Shown: one piece after another, positions 52,407-64,000 of the stretch
How the letters are laid out: each line of letters starts with the position of its first letter
Numbering within the stretch: position 1 is the first letter of the stretch
DNA from: Podarcis liolepis
Lineage: Eukaryota
Length of the DNA stretch: 64,000 nucleotides
Strand: one strand, 5' to 3'
Assembly: GCA_965112155.1 (NCBI GenBank)
Contig: OZ218106.1
Translations under genes and position numbers: made by a program
The notes under the pieces: generated by a model
What the model was told of the DNA's origin: nothing
Databases searched by the model: none
Seen by the model: only the letters and a program-made list of their open reading frames with translations

Positions 52407-52625
52407 GGGAACTCATCCACACTTCCACTGCATAGAAGGCACAGGTCCAAGCAATTTCCCCCTTGCCCCACTCCTTTCCTGGGGGGAAACCCACTTTTTA
52501 GCTCTAAATTGGATCAAACGTCAATCTGGAGAAAACCTGAATTGCCGTTTGCTCTGATTGAACACTAAACAGCGTTTTCCCCAGGGAAAAGCAGTGGGAC
52601 AAAAGGAAGTGTGGCCCTGACTCTC
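52407..52625. mobile_element. Palindromic MITE (PIF/Harbinger-like)
   Basis: ccacacttcc (52417-52426) / ggaagtgtgg (52605-52614) plus internal complementarity tttcctgggg / ccccagggaaa. The superfamily is inferred from the terminal pattern. Confidence 0.55.
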
Positions 52626-54291
52626 AGCTCTCAATCACTTTTTGGTTCTTTACAGTATTTCCTTGGAGTATTCTGTTGGAGGAGGCCACATGCTGGTGGA
52701 GCCACTGATCAATGGAACCAGAGTTAAAGTGGGCAAAGCCAAACACAAACAAGGAACCCCATCTCTTCTCTTTCTTTCTTTCTGCCAGTATCTTTCTGTC
52801 TCCTTGCCATATGCATGGAATTAGGCTAAGAGCTTCATAAATGTATGATAAAAGCTGCAAGTTGTTCACCCCTGCTTTAAGGTTTTCCATTATAATACCT
52901 AAGAGCTTTTCTTTTTTTACTTTATGCACCCCAGCTTCCCTTTTGCTTATTACGTGCTATTTCTCCTTTGATGTTTGTGTGCTCCCAGCTGTTTTCTTTG
53001 TTCTGCATCTAAGTTTCTCTTTGCCGTTTATTCCCATCGCATAGCTGTGGTGATGCATCATGATGTCATTTGGATAAAAACTCTACATCCTCCCCACTGC
53101 TTCTTACTTTGGGTAATTGTGTTTCCGACCAGAAATGGTGTATTGTCTGCAAGTATGATCCTATCAACAGGAAGTTTGCTTTCTGTGCACCTTATCTAGG
53201 AAAAACTTTTAGATATGAAGATTTATAATAGTCTACAATGGCTGAACAAATGCTAATTTTACATTTTGTAAGATAAAGGTTTTGCCATCTATTCCACAGC
53301 CTACAAAAAACCCTTTCTCTAGCAAGGTTTCTCCTAAGGCTACTCAAGAAAAAGTGTTGATAAATAAAACACCTTCTTCAAACTATGTCAGTTCTTTTGT
53401 CTCAGTCTCTTGTACCCACAAGCAAAATTTTAAATAGGGATGAGTGAATCAATTTCTGATCTGTGTCACTTTTGCATGTAAGTTCATTCCATGCCACTTC
53501 CAAATTAATCTGCAATTATATATATTTTTTAAAATCTGCACGGAAATCACATTTAAGTGCCATCCTACTGGCAAGCCTTTCTCTCTGCTGGCAGAGAAGC
53601 TCTTAAACCTCTTCCTACAGTCCTTCAGATGGCTGAGTGCTGGCTGCAGAATTGCTCCCTAATTCTTATTGAAAGACAATGAACTTTTGGACTATAAATC
53701 AAGTCAAAACAACCTTTCCCCCCATATTCCTCAATAAAAACTTGCAAAAGATTGTGATTCCTCATTCATGCCCACCTTTTCCCCCACAACAGTTAAAGAA
53801 AACATAAGAGTTCAGTGTTGGTTTTGCTTTTTGCTTTTTTGTAAAAAAAAAATAATTGTCAGGATTTGCTTTGTTCAGACCTAGAAACACCTTGGATGAG
53901 GAGATGGGAAAGCAGGAGCCCCTAGCAGTTTCCTCCTGCATTGCCGGCAAACCTGAGGATCAATGTGTCCTTACCACAGATCTCAACCTCACTTGCCTGT
54001 GTTCCTAGTTAGCTTTCACATCCCGCCTAGTCACCTCCAGGTCTACAGGAACAGAGGAGATGACAAAACAAGCAGGAGCTTTGGAGTGCCAATGAAATGC
54101 CCAACAAGCTACTTAGGAGATGGTAGACTCAGGTATAAATACCTGCCCATTACAATGCCTGGTTGAAAGCCAGGAAAGGTAGAGCTGCCATGTCTAAAGA
54201 AGTTTGCCTTCTGAGCTGCTTTACTTTTCAAGCAACATACAACATCTCCAACATCTTAGAACTCCAACATCTTAGAACTTCTTAGAACTCA

Positions 54292-54538
54292 GGAGAGCCA
54301 GCGGTGTAGTGGTTAAGAGCGATAGACTCGTAATCCGGTTAACCGGGTTTGCGTCTCCGCTCCTCCACATGCAGCTGCTGGGTGACCTTGGGCTAGTCAT
54401 ACTTCTCTGAAGTCTCTCAGCCTCACTTACCTCACAGAGCGTTTATTGTGGGGGAGGAAGGGAAAGGAGAATGTTAGCCGCTTTGAGACTCCTTCGGGTA
54501 GTGATAAAGCGGGATATCAAATCCAATCCAAACTCTTC
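54292..54538 (+). mobile_element. tRNA-derived SINE (Squam3/POM-SINE type), full length and young
   Basis: A box ggtgtagtggtt, B-box-like gggtttgcgtctcc, CpG-rich body, and L2-like 3' end gttagccgctttgagactcc...aaagcgggatatcaaatcc...ctcttc. Confidence 0.85.
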
Positions 54539-56540
54539 TGTTCCACAATTTAGGATTTATATGTTTTGCTTTTAGTTTTCACCAATTGATAGTTTTTCTG
54601 AATTAAAATTTGATGCTAATATGTTAAAATTGCATGCAGCAGGTGGACAGAAAATGTCTTAATTTGCACATATTGAATGAACAGTAGTTTTGTACATATA
54701 TTATTATTTCCTCATATAATAAAACTGTTTTTCTTAAATATGTCTCAGTTATGTAGTCCCCATATATCAAAGTTCCCGAAATGATATGGGTTAAATACCT
54801 CCTCATTCAGCACAGATGCTAATAATGATATATTAATTCTTTGTTAACATTTTCCAAAGTTTATCCCATGCTTCCAATAAAGCACTTACTATAAATGGTC
54901 CTAATGTGTTCTGTTTATATCTATTGCTCTTTTATCAAAATTAGATCACATAATGGTAATTTACAGCAAACAAGTCTGAATGGGAGGGAAGAACTGCCAT
55001 ATTTCTCCATCCAATCAGACTGCTGAATTGGCTTATTTGTATGATAAGAATGAAACAAGTTTAGTATCCCACTTCCTTCTCTTTTCTACTGATTACAGGG
55101 GGATTGCTTTTGTTTCGCTTTTTAGTAGTAGCATAAAGACCAGAAAAGTTCAGATAATAGACAATAATGATAAAAAAGTATTTTTCTATGGTTCTTATCA
55201 ACCAAAATTGCCAAATACCTAATAGGTTGTGTAGTGCAATTAATTAATCTAATTACATTGCTGATAGGGAGGTTGCCTTTTTCAATTTAATTGCTGTAAG
55301 TTTAGCCTTATCTTTGTTCAATGAAATCTCCAGCATGTTTCCAAAGCAATAGTATGATGAATCTGCTCTTAGACCTTCAAATGTGCAAAGGAAAGGGGAA
55401 CCCTCCATAGACCTCACATAACTCTCTAAATCCTTCTCCCTGTCAGTCTTTGGCCGGCACATCACTAACCGTTCAGGCGTTTCTTACAACAGAAAGCCTT
55501 TTGGTAGTTCCCATACTAAGATTCATGTAGCCCACAGTTCTATAGTGGGCAGGTTACTTGTGCTTGGAGCAAATTTAGATTACCTGCAGCATTCTGGAGA
55601 TCAGAAAGGGTGACAGATGCCAGCACTGAAGCACCATTCAGCCTCCCCTCCCAATGGTTCATCATAGCTTGTAATTCCCAAGTAACTAGTAGATTGTGAA
55701 ATCCAATTAAACAGCCTAACTGGGAAATAAAATCAGTTAAATTCATCTTTTTAAATCCTCTGGTTCATTATCTTTTTTACTTTTGCTGTCAATTGCATAA
55801 AATATTTTAAAAGTATATGTCAGAATCACCCCAAAATGTGTTGTAATTTCATTTCAGAGGGACAGCATGTTTCAGAAGCAATTGCTCCTAAGGTGATCTG
55901 GGATCGGTTACAATGCTAATCTCACAGCTGTCTCTCTTACTAGCAGTACTCATAAATCATATGGTGTGTAATAAGAGGAGCAAGTTGGAGAGGTTAGAAA
56001 TCTTAAGAAAACTGTGACAGAAGTGATAGATGATATTAAGTGACTACATTCTGAAGATATTTTATATTTTATAAAAGGGAATGTGTTGCATTGGAGATAA
56101 GGTCCTTTTGCATCCCCCCTCCCCTTCTGAATATCAACACTGGGAGATGTGGAATGCTTCTGTAGCATTTCCAGATGAGTATCAAAGTTGTGCTTTATGA
56201 AGGAAAAAAGGCAACTGAGATTTAAAAGTGAGAAGAAATCCCCATGAATTTGGTTGTTACAGCACGAGCCTACTTTATTAATGCAGACTGTTACACAGTT
56301 TTAACTTTAGTATGATCATTGCATCTGTATGCTATGCACAGGCATAATGCAGTAAAAGGTGTCAAATAAATTATCCAAATTCACACTTATGCAGAAATTT
56401 GGGGTGTCCCAGAACCCCAGAATTCACCCTGGAATCAAACCCCTCTCTTATATGCTTAGTCAGGTTCGTGGCAAATTAATAATGGGGTTTCTGGCAGCCC
56501 CAAAATGGAGTTTTTATTCATAATTTGATGATATACTGTA

Positions 56541-56770
56541 CATAAGAACATAAAACACGGTAACACTGAGCATAAGAAGAGCCCAGCTGGGTCAGGTCAA
56601 AAGCCCATCTAGTCCAGCATTCTGTTCTCACAATGACCAACCAGGTGCCTGTGGGAAGCTTGCAAACAGAGCCCAAGTACAAGAGCATTCACCCCACTTG
56701 AGAGTCCCAGCAGCTTGTATTCCACTGTCTCCAACAGTGGAAGCAGAACACAGCTACGCCAGAGGCCATT
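56541..56770 (-). mobile_element. CR1-type 3' UTR with tandem tail
   Basis: cataagaacataa...cataagaagagcc...cccatctagtccagcattctgttctcac, i.e. a (TTCTTATG)n tail on the minus strand. Confidence 0.7.
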
Positions 56771-56954
56771 AGGAGGAATGAGAAGGAGGTGTGGAAGGTG
56801 TACAACATCCTGACCTCCACTTGCATCAATATAACTAAATTGTGTTCCACTATACAAAGCATGGGTAAATTTCATTACTAAAGAGAGAAGGCTGCATCTA
56901 GGGAAGACAGGCAAGAGAATCATGTGAGTGAGACCTCCTCATTCTGTCTTTTAT

Positions 56955-57190
56955 TGTGAGAAGTGAAATTGCAAGGAAGCAGGCAAAAGGCTTTCTCAGT
57001 AGCTGCACCAGCCCTGTAGAACATCCTCCCATCATATGTCTAAAAGATAAAGAATCACATGACTTTTAGTGGCTATCTTAATCTACATCAGGAAGCTTTT
57101 AAAGTTTGATGTTTTGTTGTCTTTATACTTTGTTGGAAGCTGCCCAGTCAGATGAGCGGGATACAATAAATTTATTTTGTTGTTGTTGTT
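56955..57190 (+). mobile_element. L2 LINE 3' end
   Basis: Encodes EVKLQGSRQKAFSVAAPAL*NILP, homologous to the 12382-12572 fragment, followed by UTR and a (GTT)n tail. Confidence 0.75.
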
Positions 57191-58086
57191 TGAAAGCTGA
57201 GTGAGTGGGATGTATCTCCTGTTGGGACATCTTTGTAGCTTCCATTCATTTGTGAACCTCTTTCCTTGCTCATGAACCTTGGAATGTGAACTTCTGGAAC
57301 CTGTTTGCTGCGGAGTGTGTACTGCTATTAGCCTGAATAAAGATCTCTGGCTTGCTGGCTTGCAAGAGTCACTGCCATGCTTTGGGACAGGAGCCTGAGA
57401 CTTGCCCTCATCACTAGATAGATTTAGCTGACAATTAAGTATTTTCCAGTTCACCAAATGAATTTTCAATCAGGAACCAATAAATCTACATATCATTGAG
57501 TTGGATCCAGGGTGTCCCTTCCATTAACAAAATAATTCCATGAACAGAGATCCACTGGGGTAATTTGTCTGATTCCTCCTTTGCTCTGCAGCCTTCCAGA
57601 ACAACTTTAGAAGGGATTTGGGGAACTCCAGAGGAATGAGGAACTAGTGAAAATTGCCTTCATCTTCCTCTAGCTAGAGCATCCTGTAAATGTTAGATAC
57701 AACCCATTGGGAAGGGTTTTTTTAGGGGGGGTTCTATTGGTTACTGAGCAAGAACATCAGCTTATAAACCAATAAAATACTTTCCTGGTTACTAGACTGA
57801 CTAAAACAGGAGAAATCTACCATCAAAAGGTTTATTTCATAAACATGTCTACCTTTTTCTGGCATACTAAACTATTCCTTTGGTCATCATGGCCCAAAAA
57901 ATTATATGCTTATATTCCCATGAAGAACATTCCCATGACACACAGCAAAGTGCTGGTCCTTTGTTGCAATTTCTTGTAATTCCTGTAGGGATCAGACATT
58001 TGATTAGCATCCCCTCTCATGAAATAAAACAGAAGAATCTTCTCTTGAGGAAGAAGAAAACCCATTGTTTTCATAAAAGAGAGAAG

Positions 58087-58088
<2 letters not shown>

Positions 58089-58144
<56 letters not shown>
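58089..58144. repeat. (AT)n microsatellite, ~28 units
   Basis: Read directly. Confidence 0.97.
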
Positions 58145-58147
<3 letters not shown>

Positions 58148-59584
58148 CAAAGCTTCAGAATATTTGACCAGTCCAGGTGCAATTGAGCAGGATATGCTTC
58201 TGCTTACTTAAAACAAGAGCTTTAGTTTACTATTCACTAATCCTCAATAGTAAAGACTGGAAGTTTCAGATTCTAGAATCATTCATCAGTTACCTGCTTT
58301 GGCTGACCCAAAGTAAAATGGTTTGTTTGAATGTTTCACTTCAATAATCTTTATTTTTTTACCTGCCTCAGTTGTCATTTCTGACACAGTACAGAAATCC
58401 AGATAGTGCTAGCTGGCCTCTGCAATAATCCATGTGAACATTTGGTTGATGGTCAAAAGAGATTTTTGTGCATTTCAAGGAGAACTGAAGAGATCAGCAA
58501 AACCATGTAAGAGTATATAGCCACGAATGTCAGGTTTTGTCAGTTTACAAGTGGAAACAAAGGCTGAGGAACCTTTGAATCACTGATGCTGAAAAGTTTG
58601 CCAGAGCACTTCAAATGAGAAGTTAGATAGGGGAATTAATGTTGACTGGTTCACCAGTGGAAATAAAAGTTTTTGCACACCAAAAGCATAGAAATGAAAT
58701 GGGCATTCTAAACTAAACATTCTAAACATTTTAAGCCAAAAGTGGGAAATTAAGCTAGAAATATTCCAATTGTTTTGCCCTTGTACTATTTGAAATTGCT
58801 TGCTTTTTTTCATATTACAGACACACTTTCATAATTGCGTTTCTTTTGTCTCTGCCTCTTTGCCTCTTTTCCATTTCCATCTTCATTTAGCCCGTTACAT
58901 GATGTGTTTTTATTTAAGCCTTTTCTCAACTTTTTGCAGTTCCTCAATTATGCAGACAAGCCTAGACCTGTATAGTTTTTAATGCACGTATCATCTGTTC
59001 AAAAATTCTACTGAGTGTGCATCAAGCAGCGTAAACTTGTTACTAGGACCCCCATCCTATATGGCAGGATTGCCAGCATGGAAACAGTGGGCCCAACATA
59101 CCTTCTATGCTGCTCACAATGAAATGAAAAGTGGTGCTCTTCTTTCTTCCCCTCTTCCATTTTGCCATGGGATGAGCTCCATTGAGCTCAGAAAGATTCC
59201 CCCCCCCCCCAAGCAGACATGTGTAGGATCTGGCTATTGATATTTCTTTTCCTTCTTCCACTCTGTCTCCTTCATTTGACACCATCTTTAACTTCTATTG
59301 AAAGATTACATGCATGGAGGAATAGAATTGTTCTCATCCAAAAAGGAATGGCTTTGTTAACACACGAGAGTTAATTCAAGTATGCAGATATGCACATTTA
59401 TAGAGAAAAGATTATGCTTACTTTTCTGTTTATATTTCCTGCATCTCCACATACAAATTCTTTATCTCCAGAAACTAACCCATATTTTATTTTTATTTTT
59501 TAAACAAAACAAGCAAAATTGCACAGGAAATAAAAGTGTCATTATTTCCCAGCCTGACTCCTGTTACGCTAATACACATTAGCA

Positions 59585-60318
59585 TAGTATTTCTCAAACT
59601 TTATCCTCTGGGCCACACTTTCAGAATAAAAATTTGTTTGTGCTACATTGAATTTTTTTATTGACAAGGAATATACTGGAAAACAAAAAGTAACTCATGG
59701 CAGTGCTTGATGGCAGAACACAACTACTTCCTAATATGATCATGGGACATACAGAGAGAACTGTATTGAGAGCTGCATTGGTCTCACACCTGCCCACAGT
59801 CCTGGCCGTCTGCCAAAGTTGAGCCATGGGGGTGGAGTCTGTTTCTTCAATGCATTCCTCACAGCTGGCAAAGCAGCACTCAGCAGGACTGAAGTCTCTT
59901 TTTAACAGCTGATGAGCAGAGACATCAGTTCTGCTCTTCACAGGCTTCTTTGCAGGGGTCCCGGCAGGGAACACATTGATGAAGCAGCACCCAGCAGGAT
60001 GGGTCTAACAGCAACAAGTAATATTGAACTGACATCAGCTGATGAATGGAGATTTCAGTCATGCTCTCTGCTGGAATCTGAGCAGGATTTAACCTCCACC
60101 CACTTTTCATCAACTGATGACCAGCGGTTAAATCCTGCTGCTTTGGGTGCATTGGTGGTTTTTGTCAGTGCAGAGCTAAATCCTGCCTATCAGCTAGAGT
60201 CACCCACCCATCAGGCTGGTGTTAGCTGGACAAGGTTTGGGGGAAGTGGCTTCACAGACCAACTTGGACCCCCTGCTGGGCCATGATTGGCTCATGGGCT
60301 AGAAGTTCCCTAGCCCTG
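59585..60318. mobile_element. Decayed, possibly composite hAT-like non-autonomous element(s)
   Basis: Left end tagtatttctcaaact...gggccacac and right end gggccatgattggctcatgggctagaagttccctagccctg are both hAT-MITE-like but do not pair well. Internal repeated cagctgatga and aaatcctgc motifs. Confidence 0.4.
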
Positions 60319-61471
60319 AATAAAGGACCTCCATTCTGTAACTTTATCTCTCTGAGCAGGTTTATGTCCTGTTCATCCCACTGGGAAAGATGACAAAGTT
60401 GTTGCAGCACTAAGGGAGAGCCTCTGTGAGCAACTTGTTCCAACAATGAATAGCTGTGAACTGAGGCAATTTTAGTCTGTGCCTCCAGCCACCTTCACCT
60501 GTTCTTCACCACCTTCTGGAAAATAAGAGTCTTGACCTACTGGCTTGAAAATGGGTGTTTGTCCTGTACTCTATGGACCTGTGTTGAAGTCCTTGTGCTC
60601 TTGAATGGGTGAGGACCGGGATCACAGCTGCTCCGCAGCTCATCCCACTTGCTCCTCGACTATTCAAGCAATGCTCTCTCCTCCCTTCCCTCCATTGTCG
60701 TTGCCTTTGCTGGTCTCCAATGTCCCAGCTTCAAGCTACATAGTTAGAGGAATCCGCCCCCCCAACGCAATCTCAATTAGACCAGTTGTGAGGCCATTTG
60801 GGATCAGAGCAACTTCTGAGTTTGCCTCTCAACATGTGGGTCATGACTTGAGAGCTTTCACCAATTTTATTTCCTGTCCACATCTACCTGTGACCTGTAC
60901 CCACAGCTTTGCTAGGCCCTTCTTCACTCTAATCACACAATTACGATTCCTAGAAACAAAGCTACTTCATCTAGCTATGGGACACTCCTCATCATCTGTA
61001 TCCATGGTGGCATCGGTTATCTACACTGAGAGCTGGCTTGACTGTAGGTTGGTGGCTCAGAGCTAAGGCAGAACATCCTGTCCCTTAGAAATACTCTCAC
61101 TGCGGGGCAAAGTCTCTTAGAACAAAGGAATCTTAATTGAGTCTTGCACGTTGTTCACACCGCTTACTTACCCACTAACAATGGCAATTTCAGTCAGCTG
61201 AAATTCCAGTCAGTCTGCTGCTGTCAATAAGGATTTGGCTTGTTTTTATCCCAACACCATTGTATAGTCTGGTTATTTTGCTGCTCTCATGGGTCACATA
61301 ATGGCCACTTACCTGGTCAGAAAGTGGGTGGTGGTTGCAACCTGGTGCTGAAACCTCCCCAGCCATCACAAAGTTTGTAATTGCCCTATCATGGGCAAGC
61401 TGAGGGATAGAGCCAGGGTGGAATAAAGGCTGACTGCATCCAAGCAGGGACTGGGCAAACTGTAAATTGTA

Positions 61472-61707
61472 CAGTGGTACCTCTTGTTATGTACTTAATT
61501 CGTTCCGGAGGTCCGTTCTTAACCTGAAACTGTTCTTAACCTGAAGCACCACTTTGGCTAATGGGGCCTCCTGCTGCTGCCGCGCCGCCAGAGCACGATT
61601 TCTGTTCTCATCCTGAAGCAAAGTTCTTAACCCGAGGTAATATTTCTGGGTTAGCGGAGTCTGTAACCTGAAGCGTATGTAACCTGAAGCGTATATAACC
61701 CGAGGTA
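61472..61707. mobile_element. Tc1/mariner MITE, same family as 18920-19145, right TIR truncated
   Basis: TA|cagtggtacctc... The body is the reverse complement of 18920-19145. It ends at ccgaggta, lacking ccactg. Confidence 0.88.
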
Positions 61708-62470
61708 GCCTTTGTTAAAGAATGATGTATGTTACTGCAATGATCAGTTGTTCCAATTAGAAATTGTAATACATTCACTTCCTATATTGTTAATTGATAT
61801 GAATGGCTTTATTATCTATTGAATCAGTCATCATATTATGAGTCATCACAGAATTGCCTATCAGCACACATTGGTTATCACAGACACTATAAACATATTC
61901 TGTCTACAGCCTATCTAGATACATCTCTAAAAATAATGAATTCTGTATAGTATTTTGTAGTCAGTAGTGCCAAGTAAAATCTTCAGGTAGGACATGAAAA
62001 GGAGAGGGAATGTTCTGTTATTTTCCTCTCTAGGTGTGATTTTTTTAAAAACCAAAGTCCCTTAAATATTTGGATCTGAGGGTGGGGGAGCAGAGAATCT
62101 TTTTATTATTCTTTTGCAATTTGTAATTTGCTACCCAGCTAATTGTTAACAATGTTCCACAGCTCTTAACTGCATGCTCAACAGCTTAACCTTGTGGTCA
62201 TTAGCAGGTTTGGGAGTTGTTGCAAGGCTGTGAATATATACACTGTTGTGGGTGAATTAAAAGAGTGCTGCTGTGAAACGGTACAACAAACAAAAATAAA
62301 GCTTCTTTCATGGGGGAGGGATAGATAAATAATGACTAGGGATCTCAGCTTGCTTTGTTCCTATTTTAATAGTTTACTGTTTTGTGGTTTCAGTAATTAA
62401 TATGACATTCTAAAAAGCATAAATCCTGCTGAGATATTTAAGTTAGGAGCATCATCTTGATGGCGTACAA

Positions 62471-62510
<40 letters not shown>

Positions 62511-62536
62511 ACACACACACACACACACACACACAC
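62471..62536. repeat. (AT)5(GT)14(AC)14 compound microsatellite
   Basis: Counted directly. 62481-62536 is a perfect 56-bp palindrome. Confidence 0.95.
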
Positions 62537-62765
62537 CGTTCCCAGATCTTAACAAGCTGTTTTGATTTACCTTTGAAAGACATTTGAATGGTAAAGTAGT
62601 GTGGCCTACTCAAACCATTTTAGTGTCATTGTTAACTAGAACCTCCTTTTGAAATTTATTGCATTCAATTACATTTTTAGAAGAATTTTAATTATGTGCC
62701 TGTAAAGAATAAAGATGCTCCAGGCTCCATTTGTTTATCATAGAGGGCCTGGGAAAGAAAAAAAT

Positions 62766-63043
62766 NNNNNNNNNNNNNNNNNNNNNNNNNNNNNNNNNNN
62801 NNNNNNNNNNNNNNNNNNNNNNNNNNNNNNNNNNNNNNNNNNNNNNNNNNNNNNNNNNNNNNNNNNNNNNNNNNNNNNNNNNNNNNNNNNNNNNNNNNNN
62901 NNNNNNNNNNNNNNNNNNNNNNNNNNNNNNNNNNNNNNNNNNNNNNNNNNNNNNNNNNNNNNNNNNNNNNNNNNNNNNNNNNNNNNNNNNNNNNNNNNNN
63001 NNNNNNNNNNNNNNNNNNNNNNNNNNNNNNNNNNNNNNNNNNN
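62766..63043. other. Assembly gap (278 N)
   Basis: Run of N. Confidence 1.
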
Positions 63044-63547
63044 CATATCAGGCATATAGGTAATAATTCTTGTAGACGATATAAAAATGCAAATAAATAA
63101 ATAAAAACTCTCATTAGTCTCTTGCCTTGTTATATTTCTTCACTGGTTACATGAACCTATAGACACTGCCATCCATCCCTTTCCGCCCAAAATGTGTCTC
63201 TTTACTGCAAATGTCTTTCCCTGTAATTTTAATAAAATCATCATTTCTGTCTACTCTCTACCACCTGCTGTGTGTGTAAGATGTTTATGGCCATCTCCTT
63301 CCAGCAAGCTTTCAACGTAATTAATTAATTTTACAGAAGGATATTCCATTTCTTAGGGGGTCTGTTTAAATCCCAATTTTAAAGTAAGTTTTAGATATCC
63401 GCTTTCATAGTCAAGATTAAAGCTCTCTTGTTTTGGTATTCCAAAGATAAAATGTTTTCATATTTTTGTATTACCTTCACAGGGAAAGAAAAATAACACA
63501 CATATATATATTTCTCTCCTTGTTTTTGTTCTGTTTGGTCTCCGCAG

Positions 63548-63713
63548 CAGAGCCGGGAGTGTGAGACTGCGACAACCATTCCCTTGTGTCATGTCATTGT
63601 CGGCTATCACAGTGGCAGAATCAGCCAGATCGCTGAAGACAAAAAGTGTCCCTCTTCCTCTTGCTCTTTCAACTGCCACTGGCATCCAAAGTGACCTTGC
63701 CTTGTAAATATTG
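63548..63713 (+). other. Probable spliced internal exon, most likely a 5'-UTR exon with uORFs; host gene not identified
   Basis: Long AG-free pyrimidine tract tttctctccttgtttttgttctgtttggtctccg, tandem acceptor cag|cag| (start 63548 or 63551) and consensus donor TTG|gtgagt. Retained CpGs and higher GC than the flanks. No frame is open across the whole exon. Confidence 0.7.
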
Positions 63714-64000
63714 GTGAGTGACCACAAGGGGAAAGAAGCTCCCTGCTGAAAGAGAACTTCTTTGGGGGGGGGGCTGTAGTGGCCTGAGGGCACTACATTG
63801 CTTAAAACTGTGTTTTCACATGGGGTAAACATTGGGGATGTGTGCAGAAAAAAATTATGCGCAAGATTTTTCTTTCTTTGTTTTAATCACTATTCCATAT
63901 AACCTACATTTCTATTTTTAACTTAAAGGCACATACTAATGCTTTTTGCAGATTACATGAGCAACATGAAATCATTGCCTTGCTCGAGATTTAGGAAAGC

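Noticed and set aside
54292-54370. tRNA gene
   Set aside because: The A/B boxes belong to a SINE head, which continues into the SINE body and tail. No proper cloverleaf.
55858-55892. 35-bp micro-exon (tttcatttcag|...AAG|gtgatc)
   Set aside because: Weak donor and short pyrimidine tract; expected by chance in 64 kb.
59906-60125. Hammerhead ribozymes or C/D snoRNA based on three CTGATGA motifs
   Set aside because: No GAAA follows a stem II, and there is no C/D box pair with a terminal stem.
59621-61066. Several 117-153 aa ORFs
   Set aside because: They lie in GC-richer decayed repeat DNA where stops are rarer. There is no domain signature. A possible LINE 5' remnant near 60700-61450 is too degraded to call.
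62692-63114. ORFs spanning X residues
   Set aside because: Artefacts of the N gap.
63548-63713. Assigning a gene symbol (ZBTB20, FOXP1 and BACH2 leaders were considered)
   Set aside because: My recall of those UTRs is not reliable enough, and no coding exon is in the window to confirm.
63458-63832. 124-aa minus-strand ORF over the exon
   Set aside because: The splice signals are on the + strand. This is most simply an antisense shadow with no recognisable homology.

Overview
This is AT-rich, CpG-depleted vertebrate nuclear DNA, not microbial. The repeat inventory (Sauria SINEs with ACCTTT tails, a Squam3/POM-type SINE, CR1, L2 and RTE LINE fragments, a Penelope-like fragment, hAT/Tc1-mariner/Harbinger MITEs) points to a squamate reptile, most likely a lacertid lizard. 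This is recognition from memory, not a database result. I find no intact protein-coding gene, no rRNA, tRNA or CRISPR array, and no multi-gene system. Nearly all listed ORFs are chance ORFs or LINE remnants. The window reads as one very long intron or intergenic tract. It ends in one convincing + strand spliced exon (63548/63551-63713) that looks like a 5'-UTR exon with upstream ORFs. I cannot name the host gene. There is a 278-N assembly gap at 62766-63043. The observations most worth follow-up are: (1) that exon and its Cys/His-rich 48-codon frame; (2) a 138-bp, 98%-identical inverted duplication that duplicates a CTCF-like motif; (3) a candidate recursive splice site at 21174/21175; (4) a 59-nt near-perfect hairpin in unique sequence; (5) a hammerhead-like core in the Penelope fragment; (6) several cleanly resolvable nested transposon insertions. 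I cannot support a claim of a new biological system here.
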